DNA from: an uncultured cyanobacterium
Lineage (GTDB): Bacteria; Cyanobacteriota; Cyanobacteriia; Cyanobacteriales; Nostocaceae
NCBI GenBank assembly: GCA_963740315.1
Contig: CAVUDP010000002.1
Coordinates: 1,728,001 to 1,792,000 of the forward strand
Length of the DNA stretch: 64,000 bases
Direction: 5' to 3'
Of the stretch, positions 40,828-51,967 are shown one piece after another; positions within the stretch are counted from its first letter, which is position 1, and each line of letters opens with the position of its first letter. The notes under the pieces are model-generated. The model saw only the letters and a program-made list of their open reading frames with translations, had not been told where the DNA came from and searched no databases. A program made the translations under genes and the position numbers.

Positions 40828-41667
40828 CTATTCGATTAACTCAAAAAACTGCTGATGAAGTCTCTTCGGAACCAAAAATATCATCTTCGGACGAAAACCT
40901 TGAGGATACTCAGTAATCTGAATAAACTTTGGTTTTAAATGGCTTTTTGACTTATCTTTAAATTTGATAAATGCGAAAATCAGATAATCAAGTTCTTTTG
41001 CAAACTTCAATACGCGACTATCGGGAAAAGCTTCAGATAAAATTAAAGGCTGTTCCTTTTCAATTAAATTTCTTCCACCTAACAATACTTCAGTATCCGC
41101 ACCTTCCACATCTGTTTTAATTGCAGTAACTTTTAAATTAGGATGTTTTATAGCAAAGTTATCTAAAGTATCAACTTTCACGTTAATACAGTCTGTAGAA
41201 TCCGATTTTGTATTTAAACCACTTAATTCCGGTAGCTTTGTAACATCAAACTGCATTTCACCGGCTTCTGAATAAACAGCTTCTTGGATAACAGTAATAT
41301 TGTCAACTTTTTCGGCATTTTTTTGCAAAGCTGGAATACTCCTTAAATCTGGTTCAAAAGCATAAACCTTCCGACAATAAGGAGAAACAAGTAATGAATA
41401 ATAACCAATATTTGCGCCGACATCTAAAAAGCTTTTATGTTTATCGAGGTATTTAATTAAATATTCTTCACTTCCCCAATCAACAGAGCCATTTTTTACA
41501 AACAACTCAGTTCCAAATTTACTGTTTCTAGGCAGATCGATTGAAATTCCCTTCAGCAACTTGATGCTATTATCTTTTTTGAGAATACGTTTATAAAATT
41601 GTCTGATAAAATATCTATAAAAAAACTTAAGATAACCAACTTCACGGACAAGATTCCAATTTAACAT
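40828..41667 (-). CDS. FkbM family methyltransferase
   Basis: 'FLDVGANIGYYSL', 'AFEPD', 'IKTDVEG'. Confidence 0.9.
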   Translation of the reverse strand: MLNWNLVREVGYLKFFYRYFIRQFYKRILKKDNSIKLLKGISIDLPRNSKFGTELFVKNGSVDWGSEEYLIKYLDKHKSFLDVGANIGYYSLLVSPYCRKVYAFEPDLRSIPALQKNAEKVDNITVIQEAVYSEAGEMQFDVTKLPELSGLNTKSDSTDCINVKVDTLDNFAIKHPNLKVTAIKTDVEGADTEVLLGGRNLIEKEQPLILSEAFPDSRVLKFAKELDYLIFAFIKFKDKSKSHLKPKFIQITEYPQGFRPKMIFLVPKRLHQQFFELIE

Positions 41668-41736
41668 AGTAGAAAATAGGGAATAGGGCATTGAGCATTG
41701 AGCATGGAGTTAACCTTTAACCTTTAACATGCAGAC

Positions 41737-42348
41737 CTATTTAACCGCCACACCTTGATACATATAACCCATAAATTTAGGCGTTTTATCGGCATAAAAT
41801 TCTTTTACATCTACCCGATTGAATTGTAACTCTACAATAGAGCGAATATTACGATTTAGATTACAGCCATCAGCAATAATATTTTGTACTGGATTAAATC
41901 GATTTTGCCAAGTTTGAATTGATGGTTCATTGCTTAAACCATGTTCGATAAAAAAGAATTTTCCCCCTGGTTTCAACACTCGATGAATTTCCTTAACGGC
42001 TTGTTCAACTTTCTCAATACTGCATAAAGTCCAAGTACTGACAACGCTGTCAAATGTATTATCTGCCATTGGGAGATTTTCGCCGCTTAAAATTCGATGA
42101 TCCACTGTCACGTTAGATTTTTCAATTCTTTTTTGAGCAAGTTGATGAACTCCCGGATTATTATCAACAGTGATTATTTTATGAATTTCATCTGGATAAT
42201 AGGAAAGATTTAAACCAGTACCAAAACCAATTTCTAATACATCTCCTTCCACTTCTGCTAAAACTTCTTGACGGTATTTACTAAAAGTAGGATCGGATAG
42301 CGACCAATCAAGAAGATAAGGAAATATTTTTTGCGAATAGAATCCCAT
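41737..42348 (-). CDS. Class I SAM-dependent methyltransferase
   Basis: 'VLEIGFGTGLN', 'FDSVVSTWTLCS', 'LKPGG'. Confidence 0.92.
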   Translation of the reverse strand: MGFYSQKIFPYLLDWSLSDPTFSKYRQEVLAEVEGDVLEIGFGTGLNLSYYPDEIHKIITVDNNPGVHQLAQKRIEKSNVTVDHRILSGENLPMADNTFDSVVSTWTLCSIEKVEQAVKEIHRVLKPGGKFFFIEHGLSNEPSIQTWQNRFNPVQNIIADGCNLNRNIRSIVELQFNRVDVKEFYADKTPKFMGYMYQGVAVK

Positions 42349-42560
42349 AGTTATTTTTTAAGATAATTTTTATATCTAAACTATTTTTTACAGACTATAT
42401 TTTTAATTTTAACTCAGATCGAAATGTTTTTATATCTTAACAAAATTAACTTAAGGTTATGACTGATTTACTGTATTATTATCAACATTGATTATGACTT
42501 CTGAAGGTAATTTACATAGTTTGTTAAAGTTTTTCAGAGCAGATTTGTGAGGAATAGCAA

Positions 42561-44219
42561 GTGGTACAGAATATTTTTAAATTATGGGTAAGTAGTCCTG
42601 TGTTAGGTACTGCTTTAATAATCACAGCTGTTAATACGGGTTTAACACCACAATTAGCAACAGCAACGCAACCTGATTCTCAAACGTCTTTTCAATTAAG
42701 TGAAGTTATTCAGAACTCAGAAAATAATCTAGATTCCACGGAAAAGCTTGCTCAAACCGATAAAAAACAAGTAATATCTCAAGTAACTTCGGTTTCTCAA
42801 CTATCCGACGTTCAACCTACAGACTGGGCATTCGCGGCTTTACAATCGTTAGTTGAACGCTACGGTTGTATAGCAGGTTATCCCAATGGAACTTATCGGG
42901 GAAATCGCGCTTTAACTCGTTACGAATTCGCGGCTGGTTTAAATGCTTGCTTAAACAGAGTTAATGAATTGATTACTACTTCCACTGCCGATATAGTATC
43001 TCGACAAGATTTAGAGACTTTACAACGGTTACAATCAGAATTTTCTGCCGAACTTGCAACATTACGCGGTAGAGTTGATGCGTTAGAAGCTCGTACTGCC
43101 GAAATCGAGGTAAATCAATTTTCTACTACCACCAAGCTTCAGGGTGAAGTAGCGTTTACCCTTGCAGGTGCAGAGGGAGATGATGTAGATACTGAAATTG
43201 TTTTCAACGATAAAATTCGTCTCCAATTAGTAACCAGTTTCACGGGTAAAGATAAGCTGCTCACCCGTTTAACTGCGGGAAATATCGGTAACTCATTTGC
43301 AACCCAAATAGGTACTAATGAAGGTCGTTTCGCTCATGATGGCCCCGATGGTAACGATATTGTTCTAGATAAATTACACTATGTTTTCCCCGTTGGAGAC
43401 AAACTCACAGTTACTACAATGGCTAGTTTGGGAGGGCATCATTTCTATGCAGATGTATTCAACTCCGGCTTAAATACTGGTGGTGGTGCAACTGGTGCGC
43501 TGTCACGATTTGCCGAAAGAAACCCTATTTATCGCTTAGGACTTAATCGGAATACCGCAGGTGCAGGTTTTAGTTACAAGTTAGCCGCTGCAATTAAAAT
43601 TGAGGGTGGTTATCTTGCCAGAAATGGTTCCGATCCGAATCAAAAAGCAGGTTTATTTGACGGAAGCTATTCTGCTTTGGGACAAATTGTTTTTCAACCC
43701 GCGAAAAGATTTAAACTTGGTTTAACCTATGTCAACGGTTACGATCCAGGTGAGGGAAACTTCGCTTTTGGTGGAACAGGAACCAACTTTGCAAACGGTT
43801 TGCTTCCCGGTACGGAAGAACGACGAATTAACAGTAATTCCTACGGAGTACAGGCTCAACTCGATCTCAGTTCCAAATTCAGCATCCGGGGTTGGGGTGG
43901 ATATACCGATGTTGATTTTAACAACGGTGGTGATGCCGAAATCTGGAATTATGCATTGGCTTTAGTATTTCCCGATTTTGGTAAAAAAGGTGGTTTAGCT
44001 GCAATTATTGCGGGTGCGGAACCTTACGCTGGCGACATTTCACCAAGACCAGCCAACTTTCAAAATGATACACCCATCCATGTTGAAGCGCTGTACCGAT
44101 ATCCGATCAACGACAACATTTCAATTACTCCTGGAATCATTTGGTTAAAGTCTCCCAATCAAAATGAGAACAACGATGATGTCTTTATTGGTGCGTTGAG
44201 AACTACGTTTACGTTCTGA
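42561..44219 (+). CDS. Cyanobacterial SLH-domain porin (SomA/OprB-type)
   Basis: 'VTSVSQLSDVQPTDWAF.ALQSLVERYGCIAGY', 'FSTTTKL', C-terminal 'LRTTFTF'. Confidence 0.95.
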   Translation: MVQNIFKLWVSSPVLGTALIITAVNTGLTPQLATATQPDSQTSFQLSEVIQNSENNLDSTEKLAQTDKKQVISQVTSVSQLSDVQPTDWAFAALQSLVERYGCIAGYPNGTYRGNRALTRYEFAAGLNACLNRVNELITTSTADIVSRQDLETLQRLQSEFSAELATLRGRVDALEARTAEIEVNQFSTTTKLQGEVAFTLAGAEGDDVDTEIVFNDKIRLQLVTSFTGKDKLLTRLTAGNIGNSFATQIGTNEGRFAHDGPDGNDIVLDKLHYVFPVGDKLTVTTMASLGGHHFYADVFNSGLNTGGGATGALSRFAERNPIYRLGLNRNTAGAGFSYKLAAAIKIEGGYLARNGSDPNQKAGLFDGSYSALGQIVFQPAKRFKLGLTYVNGYDPGEGNFAFGGTGTNFANGLLPGTEERRINSNSYGVQAQLDLSSKFSIRGWGGYTDVDFNNGGDAEIWNYALALVFPDFGKKGGLAAIIAGAEPYAGDISPRPANFQNDTPIHVEALYRYPINDNISITPGIIWLKSPNQNENNDDVFIGALRTTFTF

Positions 44220-44425
44220 TTAGTAATGGGTAATTAGTAATTGAAAAATCTACTTTAGAAACCCTTGTGGTACGGGCTAAAAGCCCGTATACAAACAATA
44301 TAGCTATAAATTAAGCATACAAAAATTTTTTAGCTAAAAAAGAATTTTAAAATTTGTATTTTGCTTCGATTAATTTTAAAATAAAACCGTTAAATAAACT
44401 TTCTTATCAGGGAAAAACAAGTGTC

Positions 44426-45610
44426 ATGAACGAACCAACTTCAGTTCGCTTAGGTGGAAAAAATCTTGATACTATCGACATCGATAAAGAAAATTTATTT
44501 CCAGAGGGCGTAGAATACGTTCCAAGTCAGCAACAATTTCTTATTACTTCTTTTACAGAAGGAACAGTATATGCAGTGGATAAACAAGGGAAGTTAACGC
44601 CGTTTGCTGAAGATGAACGTTTACTTTCTACCGTCGGTATTGAAATAGATCCAGAACGAAACCGCGTTTTAGTTGCTAATTCAGACCTTGGGCAAGCTGT
44701 CAACTCTAGCCCGGAAACTGAAAATCAACTTGCCGCATTAGGTATTTTTGATTTAACTACGGGGGAAACAATTGATTACATAAACTTAGGAGAATTACGT
44801 CCCGACAAACCTCATTTTGCCAATGATATTGCTGTTGATGATTTTGGTAATGTTTACGTCACCGATAGTTTTGCTGGAATCATCTACAAAGTTGATACCG
44901 AAGGAAACCCCTCTGTATTTTTTGAAAACGAACAGTTTGTTGAAGAAGGTTTCAATCTTAATGGCATCGTAGTTCATCCTGATGATTTCTTGCTTGTTGG
45001 TGACTACAATGATGGTGAAATTTTTAAAGTACCGCTCGATAATCCGGAGCAGTTTACACAAGTTGATATTGACCAAAAATTGATTAATTCTGACGGTTTT
45101 CTTTTAGTAGACGAAGATGAATTAGTCGTTGTTGTCAATGATGTAGATGACGAATCTGCAAACGCGGTATTTGCTTTAGATAGCGATGATAATTGGAAAT
45201 CTGCTCAAGTCAGCGATCGCCTAGACGTTGATGGCGAACTTATAACCACAGCAACAATCAAAGATGATAAGTTATTCGTTGTTGATTCTGCGATCAACGA
45301 GTTATTTGACGAGCAATTACCTTTTAATGATTTTAAAATTTTAGAGGTTGGTACGATTACAGATCGAGATAATTTCGGTTTCAAGGATTTCTTCAATAAT
45401 TTTAATTTTGACGAATTCTTTGAGCAAGGTAGAGAAATTTTTACTAACCTACGATTTAATTTAGAATCAGAGATGTTTACTGACTTATTGAGCATTAATT
45501 TAAATATTTCTTCCAATAGTGGGAATTACGAAGATTTTACTGATATAAATAAAAGTCTGGATGATATCGAAAGCTTCTTCATCCAACAAAGCGATAATAT
45601 TACTATCTGA
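44426..45610 (+). CDS. SMP-30/gluconolactonase-like beta-propeller protein with acidic tail
   Basis: 'FPEGV', 'FANDIAVD..GNVYVTDS', 'LNGIV'. Confidence 0.8.
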   Translation: MNEPTSVRLGGKNLDTIDIDKENLFPEGVEYVPSQQQFLITSFTEGTVYAVDKQGKLTPFAEDERLLSTVGIEIDPERNRVLVANSDLGQAVNSSPETENQLAALGIFDLTTGETIDYINLGELRPDKPHFANDIAVDDFGNVYVTDSFAGIIYKVDTEGNPSVFFENEQFVEEGFNLNGIVVHPDDFLLVGDYNDGEIFKVPLDNPEQFTQVDIDQKLINSDGFLLVDEDELVVVVNDVDDESANAVFALDSDDNWKSAQVSDRLDVDGELITTATIKDDKLFVVDSAINELFDEQLPFNDFKILEVGTITDRDNFGFKDFFNNFNFDEFFEQGREIFTNLRFNLESEMFTDLLSINLNISSNSGNYEDFTDINKSLDDIESFFIQQSDNITI

Positions 45611-45634
45611 GTAGCTAATAAATATGGATTTTTC

Positions 45635-46075
45635 ATGGAATACTTGCACACAATGGTTCGCGTCAGCGACTTGGAAAAATCGCTAGACTTTTACTGCAAA
45701 AAGCTGGGATTAGTTGAAGTTAGGAGAAAAGAAAGCGAAAAAGGACGTTTTACCCTAGTTTTTCTCGCCGCACCGCAAGACGTAGAAAAAGTAAAAGAAT
45801 CAACATCTCCCCTAGTTGAACTTACTTACAACTGGGACCCCGAAGATTACGATGGCGGGCGCAATTTCGGACACCTAGCCTATCGAGTTGACGACATTTA
45901 CGAAACCTGCGATCGCTTGAAAACAGGCGGTGTCACCATCAACCGTCCCCCACGCGACGGACACATGGCATTCGTGCGATCGCCAGACAATATTTCCATC
46001 GAGCTACTGCAAAAAGGAGACGCACTACCACCGAAAGAACCTTGGGCTTCTATGGAAAATACTGGAAAGTGGTAG
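45635..46075 (+). CDS. VOC family protein / lactoylglutathione lyase
   Basis: 'YLHTMVRV', 'ELTYNW', 'FGHLAY', '[11 protein letters not shown]'. Confidence 0.9.
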   Translation: MEYLHTMVRVSDLEKSLDFYCKKLGLVEVRRKESEKGRFTLVFLAAPQDVEKVKESTSPLVELTYNWDPEDYDGGRNFGHLAYRVDDIYETCDRLKTGGVTINRPPRDGHMAFVRSPDNISIELLQKGDALPPKEPWASMENTGKW

Positions 46076-46295
46076 AAGGGATGGGGAGATAGGGGGATGG
46101 GGAGATGGGGGGACAAGGGGACAAGGGGACAAGGGGATGGGGGTAGTTAAACAGCGAGCAAGATGCTCGCACACGCAACCGATGCTAAAGCGCCTAACAT
46201 CACCCTCTTAAGGATGGGGGTAGTTAAACAGCGAGCAAGATGCTCGCACTACTGCCTCCTCTTCCCCCTCTTCCCCTCTCCCCCTCACTATTTAA

Positions 46296-46342
46296 TTGAC
46301 TCGTAAATGTTAATCTGATATTGTAAAAACGACCAATCGGTC
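46296..46342 (+). promoter_or_regulatory. Sigma70-type promoter with putative TetR operator
   Basis: TTGACT-17-TATTGT then GACCAATCGGTC (46331-42); similar AACCATTCGGTC at 46991-47002. Confidence 0.6.
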
Positions 46343-46354
46343 TTAAACGAAAAG

Positions 46355-46948
46355 ATGTCCAAAGGCGAAGAAACAAAGGAAAAAATATTGCATCAAGCTG
46401 CCGCGCTGTTTAATACTCAGGGCTATGCTGGTGCGTCGATTTCGGACATCATGCGGGTAACGGGATTAAAAAAGGGGGGAATTTATAACCATTTTCAAAG
46501 TAAGGATGATTTAGCGTTACAAGCCTTTGATTATGCAGTTGACTTAATTAAGCAGCGTTATCGAGGTGCTTTGCAAAATAAACGTCATGCAGTTGAGCGC
46601 TTGCAAGGAATTATCAGCGTATTTCGGGCTAACATCGATAATCCGGCAATTGAAGGAGGATGTCCGTTATTAAATACTGCTGTTGAAAGCGATGATGCTC
46701 ATCCAGTGTTGCGACAACGCGCTCGAATGGTAATGGATTCTTGGCGAGATATGGTTTGCAAGGTTATTCAAAAAGGAATTGCTAGGGGTGAAATTCGTCC
46801 TGAAGTAAACCCCGATGAAGTTGCAACCGTGATGATTTCTTTACTTGAAGGTGCGGTAATGATGAGCAAGTTGTATGATGATTCGATTCACCTTGAAAGA
46901 GCGATCGAGCATTTGAATAATTATATTAAAGTAGAATTACAAGCTTAA
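46355..46948 (+). CDS. TetR/AcrR family regulator
   Basis: 'GYAGASISDI...KGGIYNHFQSKDDL', 'GGCP'. Confidence 0.95.
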   Translation: MSKGEETKEKILHQAAALFNTQGYAGASISDIMRVTGLKKGGIYNHFQSKDDLALQAFDYAVDLIKQRYRGALQNKRHAVERLQGIISVFRANIDNPAIEGGCPLLNTAVESDDAHPVLRQRARMVMDSWRDMVCKVIQKGIARGEIRPEVNPDEVATVMISLLEGAVMMSKLYDDSIHLERAIEHLNNYIKVELQA

Positions 46949-47042
46949 ACGGGCATAATAAAAGCCGTATATTTTTTTTGAGCAAAAACAAACCATTCGG
47001 TCTTATTATTTTCAGCCTTGATAATAACTAAAGCAAAAAACT

Positions 47043-47861
47043 ATGATACAGCAAGAAAACACAGCTTCAACTAGCGATATTCTCACCGTCGATCGAGCCT
47101 TTGAGAAATTTTTTACGCCACCTAAGAAGTCACAAACAGAACAAGAGCAAAAGCTTGAAGAGCAAGCAAATATTTTTACAATTCCAGGCATAACAGTAGA
47201 CTTGACAGCGTATTCTTGGGGTAAAGGTGCAACTATTTTACTGGTTCATGGATGGGGAGGACGTGCGACACAATTAAGTTCTTTCGTCGAGCCGTTGGTA
47301 GAATTAGGATACCGCGTTCTTGCTTTTGATGCACCCGCACATGGTAAAACAGCAGGTACGCAAACCAATGGGCTTGAGTTTGTGGAAGCGATTAAAACTG
47401 TTGTTAAAAAAGAAGGTTCAATAGATAGCATAATTGCTCACTCTTTTGGAAGCACAAGTACAGCAGTTGCTTTAAATGAAGGGATTACGGCTCGTAAAAT
47501 AGTCTTTTTAGGGGCTGTTTGTCACTTAACAATTACATTTACAATCTTTTCAAAATCGGCAAAACTTACTCCAGAATTAGAACAAGAATTACGTGTTTTG
47601 ATAGAAGATAAATTGGGCAAAGATACCTGGCAAAGATTTTCACTAGATAAAATGAATAATCTTAAAATTCCAACTTTGTTATTTCACGATCGCAATGACC
47701 GAGAAATACCATTACAAGAGAGTGTTGCAATCAACGAATCGTGGCAAGATAGTCAATTAATTCTAACTTCTAGACTTGGACATCGACGAATTCTAATGAA
47801 CGAACAAGTCATTCAACAAGCGGTAAACTTTATCGCTGACAAACAAGATTATTTAAAATAA
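47043..47861 (+). CDS. Alpha/beta hydrolase
   Basis: 'LVHGWGG', 'AHSFG' nucleophile elbow, 'LGHRRI'. Confidence 0.9.
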   Translation: MIQQENTASTSDILTVDRAFEKFFTPPKKSQTEQEQKLEEQANIFTIPGITVDLTAYSWGKGATILLVHGWGGRATQLSSFVEPLVELGYRVLAFDAPAHGKTAGTQTNGLEFVEAIKTVVKKEGSIDSIIAHSFGSTSTAVALNEGITARKIVFLGAVCHLTITFTIFSKSAKLTPELEQELRVLIEDKLGKDTWQRFSLDKMNNLKIPTLLFHDRNDREIPLQESVAINESWQDSQLILTSRLGHRRILMNEQVIQQAVNFIADKQDYLK

Positions 47862-47887
47862 CAATCAAGCAAAACAGATTATCAAAA

Positions 47888-48643
47888 ATGAAAACTGAAC
47901 AGAAACCATTCCGTTTAATAACCATTCCAGTTAGTCATTACTGCGAGAAAGTAAGATGGGCGCTCGATTATTTCAAATTATCATATGTAGAAGAAGCACA
48001 TATGCCACTTTTACATAGATTAGCAACAACTAAATTTGGAGGTAAATCGACTCCCGTGCTTGTAACTGAAGATGAGAATTTTACAGATTCAACTGACATT
48101 TTAAAATACTTGGATTCACTTGTTCCTAATGACGCAAAACTATATCCAACGAATTCCGAACAGCGTCAACAAGTTGAAGAATTAGAAGAATTATTTGATG
48201 AAAAATTAGCTCCTGCCGTAAGAACATGGGCTTACTTTTATATAGTAGATAATTCTAAAATTATTCAACCAAAATGGACTCAAGGCGTACCTATTATAGA
48301 AAAATTATTATTCCCAGTAATTTATCCATCAATGCGATCGGTTGTGAAGAAAGCATATGATGTCAACCCGGAATCAGCAACGCAGTCTTACCAAGAAATT
48401 CAGAGCGTTTTTGCAAAAGTAAATGAGTTATTAGCAGATGGACGCAATTATTTAGTAGGAGATAAAATTTCTGCTGCCGATATTAGCTTTGCTTCCCTAG
48501 CTGCACCAATTTTACAACCACCACAACATCCGATTAATTCCGACTCGCAAGAATTACCAGCAGAATTTGTATCTAAAATCAAGAAGTTGCAAGAAACTGC
48601 TGCGGGTAAATTTGTGTTGAATTTATATGAGAATTGGCGCTAA
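47888..48643 (+). CDS. Glutathione S-transferase family protein
   Basis: 'SHYCEKVRWAL', 'DSTDILKYLD', 'SAADISFA'. Confidence 0.9.
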   Translation: MKTEQKPFRLITIPVSHYCEKVRWALDYFKLSYVEEAHMPLLHRLATTKFGGKSTPVLVTEDENFTDSTDILKYLDSLVPNDAKLYPTNSEQRQQVEELEELFDEKLAPAVRTWAYFYIVDNSKIIQPKWTQGVPIIEKLLFPVIYPSMRSVVKKAYDVNPESATQSYQEIQSVFAKVNELLADGRNYLVGDKISAADISFASLAAPILQPPQHPINSDSQELPAEFVSKIKKLQETAAGKFVLNLYENWR

Positions 48644-48649
48644 AGCATT

Positions 48650-49300
48650 ATGCTCAAATTTTACTACAATCCTCGTTCCCCTATGGCTCGTCGTGTATGG
48701 CGAGGTTTGTTAGAAAAGGATATTGAATTTGAACCTATTTTGATGAAATTAAATGGCGATCAACTTCAGCCAGATTATTTACAAATAAATCCTTTTCATC
48801 ACGTACCGACGATAGTTGATGATGGTTTTCGGATGGTAGAATCAATTGCTATTTTAGAATATTTAGAAACCAAATATCCTACTCCCGCGCTGTTACCGAA
48901 AGACACTCAAGCATTAGCAACGGTAAGAATGGTGCAGATGGTTTCGACAAATGAATTTGTTCCCAAAGTGCTACCTCTGATTTTAGAAAATCAAGATTCG
49001 CCTTCATTTATTGAAGCCAAGCAACACGTAGAAAAAGTATTAGAATTTTTCGCAGATAACTTAAAAGAAAACTCTTATTTTGGCGGCGATAATTTAAGCT
49101 TGGCAGATATTATTGTTGGGACAGATATTTCATTTTTACCACTTTTGGGAATTGATTTTAATAAATATCCCAATTTGAATAACTGGTTTGAACATTTAAT
49201 GCAACGTCCATCATGGCAAAAAACGGAACTTAGTGCAGAAGAATTTGAACAATTCAGACGGGTTTTAATGATAATGCGCCAGCGCAAACAAAAACCATAA
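48650..49300 (+). CDS. Glutathione S-transferase family protein
   Basis: 'INPFHHVP', 'ESIAILEYLE', 'SLADI'. Confidence 0.92.
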   Translation: MLKFYYNPRSPMARRVWRGLLEKDIEFEPILMKLNGDQLQPDYLQINPFHHVPTIVDDGFRMVESIAILEYLETKYPTPALLPKDTQALATVRMVQMVSTNEFVPKVLPLILENQDSPSFIEAKQHVEKVLEFFADNLKENSYFGGDNLSLADIIVGTDISFLPLLGIDFNKYPNLNNWFEHLMQRPSWQKTELSAEEFEQFRRVLMIMRQRKQKP

Positions 49301-49378
49301 CCTAAAATCTGCAAAATATTTTCAATCTAAAATCTAAAATCTAAAATCTAAAATGGAATTACCCATTACCCATTACCT

Positions 49379-50041
49379 TTACCCCATCACCCGTTTCATC
49401 AAAGAAGTGATAAAACGATAACCCTTACGCACAAAATTCAACAAAGAAAGCGGCATTTTTAACTTCAACGGATAAATCAAAGGAAGATATATCAAATAAT
49501 ATGCTTTCTTGAGATTATCCCACTTAGAACAATATTCTTCATCCAAAAAATCTGAAATATCTACAACTAATCCCCTACCTTCATGCATCATCACATTACG
49601 TGCATGAACATCGTGGGAAAAAAGATTGCGGCTTCTTGCGTAATCTAAAGCTTTGTCAATATCTTTTATAACTATTTTAGGAACGCGGATACCTAATTGA
49701 ACGCAATCCCATATCGTAACTCCATACAGCCGTTTTAATACTAAAAAACCATCTTCAGCGTAGAATAATTGAGAGAAAGCCGGATGTTTACCCAAACGCT
49801 TGTAAACTTCTACTTCTTCCTCAAAACCAGGTCTTCCCGGTGCGTAAATCTTCACAACCAAATCTGGAAAATCGGGATGATGAACTACTGCGGCGTAATT
49901 TCCCGTACCAAGCAGAAGCCAAGGGGGAGGTATATGATGAACTTTTACCGGATCGTGAGGATCGACGCTTTCTATTTGAAGTTTGGGAAGTAATTCAACG
50001 TGAATATTATTGACGAAGCGATTTACCTGCAAAGTTTCCAT
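49379..50041 (-). CDS. Small Ser/Thr kinase-like protein (start uncertain)
   Basis: 'LGTGNYAAV', 'VVKIY', 'HDVHARNV', 'VVDIS'. Confidence 0.8.
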   Translation of the reverse strand: METLQVNRFVNNIHVELLPKLQIESVDPHDPVKVHHIPPPWLLLGTGNYAAVVHHPDFPDLVVKIYAPGRPGFEEEVEVYKRLGKHPAFSQLFYAEDGFLVLKRLYGVTIWDCVQLGIRVPKIVIKDIDKALDYARSRNLFSHDVHARNVMMHEGRGLVVDISDFLDEEYCSKWDNLKKAYYLIYLPLIYPLKLKMPLSLLNFVRKGYRFITSLMKRVMG

Positions 50042-50293
50042 ATTTAACAAGCACCCTGGTTTAACGGTTGAAGAGAATTTACCTCTAACAGAAGTCACAA
50101 TAAAGTTACTATACGGCTAACATCTAATATAAGTGCTAACTACACATGGCTTTGATGTTTTTACGAATGGGATTAATAGGTGGACAAGGAGAGAGGGGGA
50201 AGAGGGGGAAGAGGGGGAAGAGGGGGTAGAAAAAACTTTTAACTCCTAACAACTAACAACTAACAACTAACAACTAACAACTAACTCTAAAAT

Positions 50294-51652
50294 ATGAATC
50301 CTATAACAGTAATTGGTGGTGGTTTAGCTGGAACCGAAGCAGCATGGCAAATTGCGATCGCCGGAATTCCAGTAATTTTTTATGAAATGCGTCCGCAAAA
50401 ATTCGGGGGAGCGCATCATACCGAACATTTAGCGGAGTTGGTATGTAGTAATTCTTTCGGAGCAATGGCAAGCGATCGCGCTGCTGGTTTGCTTCATGAG
50501 GAGTTACGCCGTCTGGGTTCTATCGTTATTTCTAAAGCCGACGAACACAAAGTTCCTGCGGGTGGGGCGTTAGCGGTAGATCGAGGTGTCTTTAGTCAAA
50601 ATTTAACGGAAACTCTCAGCAGCCATCCTTTAATTGACTTTCGCCGGGAAGAATTACGAGAAATCCCTGAAGGTATTGTAGTTTTAGCCACCGGACCTTT
50701 AACAAGTCCCGATTTAGCAGAAGATTTACGTCGCTTTACTGGGATGGAATATCTTAGCTTTTTTGATGCTGCGAGTCCCATAGTTGTGGGAGAATCGATT
50801 AACCTCGACGTTGCTTTCATGGCATCGCGTTACGACAAAGGCGAAGCAGCCTACCTCAACTGTCCGATGAATAAAGAGCAATATCTGCAATTTTGGACAG
50901 AATTGCGTCAAGCCGAACAAGTTGAATTAAAAGGCTTTGAACGGGAAAACGCCAAATTTTTTGAAGCTTGTTTACCCATCGAAGAACAAGCACAACGCGG
51001 CGAAGATACCATGCGTTATGGTCCCTTAAAGCCAGTTGGTTTGACTCCTCCTTCAACTGCGGGATGGGGTAATGATGCTCCTCGCGAAGAAATTCCCGAA
51101 GGAGAAGTTAAAAAAGAACGTCCTTACGCCGTCGTGCAATTACGTCAAGAAGACAAAGCCGGGAAACTGTGGAACATGGTAGGCTTTCAAACAAACTTGC
51201 GTTGGGGAGAACAAAAGCGGATATTCCAAATGATTCCCGGTTTAGAAAACGCCGAATTCGTGCGATTGGGAGTAATGCACCGCAACACCTTTATTAATGC
51301 ACCCCAATTAATGATTCCCACACTGCAATTCAAATCGCGTTCCAATTTACTTGCAGCCGGACAAATTATAGGTACCGAAGGATACACCGCCGCATCAGCC
51401 GGAGGTTGGTTAGCAGGAACAAACGCCGCCCGAATCGCTTTAGGCAAAGAACCCATAACCATGCCCAACACAACCATGATGGGAGCCTTATTTGACTTTA
51501 TCAGTTCCGCCTCCCCCAAACACTTCCAACCAATGCCCCCCAACTTCGGTATATTGCCGGACTTAGGAGTAAAAATAAAAAACAAACGCGAAAGATACGG
51601 AAAATATCGCGATCGCTCTTTGGAACAGTTAGCAGTAATCAGTGAGCAGTAA
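50294..51652 (+). CDS. trmFO: Folate/FAD-dependent tRNA (uracil-54) methyltransferase
   Basis: '[12 protein letters not shown]', 'AELVCSNSF', 'GVMHRNTF', 'FQPM.PNFG'. Confidence 0.97.
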   Translation: MNPITVIGGGLAGTEAAWQIAIAGIPVIFYEMRPQKFGGAHHTEHLAELVCSNSFGAMASDRAAGLLHEELRRLGSIVISKADEHKVPAGGALAVDRGVFSQNLTETLSSHPLIDFRREELREIPEGIVVLATGPLTSPDLAEDLRRFTGMEYLSFFDAASPIVVGESINLDVAFMASRYDKGEAAYLNCPMNKEQYLQFWTELRQAEQVELKGFERENAKFFEACLPIEEQAQRGEDTMRYGPLKPVGLTPPSTAGWGNDAPREEIPEGEVKKERPYAVVQLRQEDKAGKLWNMVGFQTNLRWGEQKRIFQMIPGLENAEFVRLGVMHRNTFINAPQLMIPTLQFKSRSNLLAAGQIIGTEGYTAASAGGWLAGTNAARIALGKEPITMPNTTMMGALFDFISSASPKHFQPMPPNFGILPDLGVKIKNKRERYGKYRDRSLEQLAVISEQ

Positions 51653-51967
51653 TCAGTTAGCAGTTACCAGTTAGCAGTTACCAGTTAGCAGTGAGGAGTT
51701 AGGAGTGAGGAATGAGGAGTGAGGAGTGAGGAGTTAGGAGTTAGGAATGTAGTGGGAGCGTCTCGCTCCCTAGAAAAAACTCGCTCCCCCCATCTCCCCA
51801 TCTCCCCCTCTCCCCATCTCCCCCTCTCCCCCTCTCCCCATCCCCCCATCCCCCCATCTCCCCATCCCCCCATCTCCCCATCCCCCCATCTCCCCATCCC
51901 CCCATCTCCCCATCCCCCCCTCCCCCCATCCCCCCATCCCCCTCTCCTCATCTACAATTCCCAAAAC

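Noticed and set aside
51040..51120. Extra loop in TrmFO ([25 protein letters not shown])
   Set aside because: No repeat origin visible; this loop appears variable in the family and it is too short for an intein.
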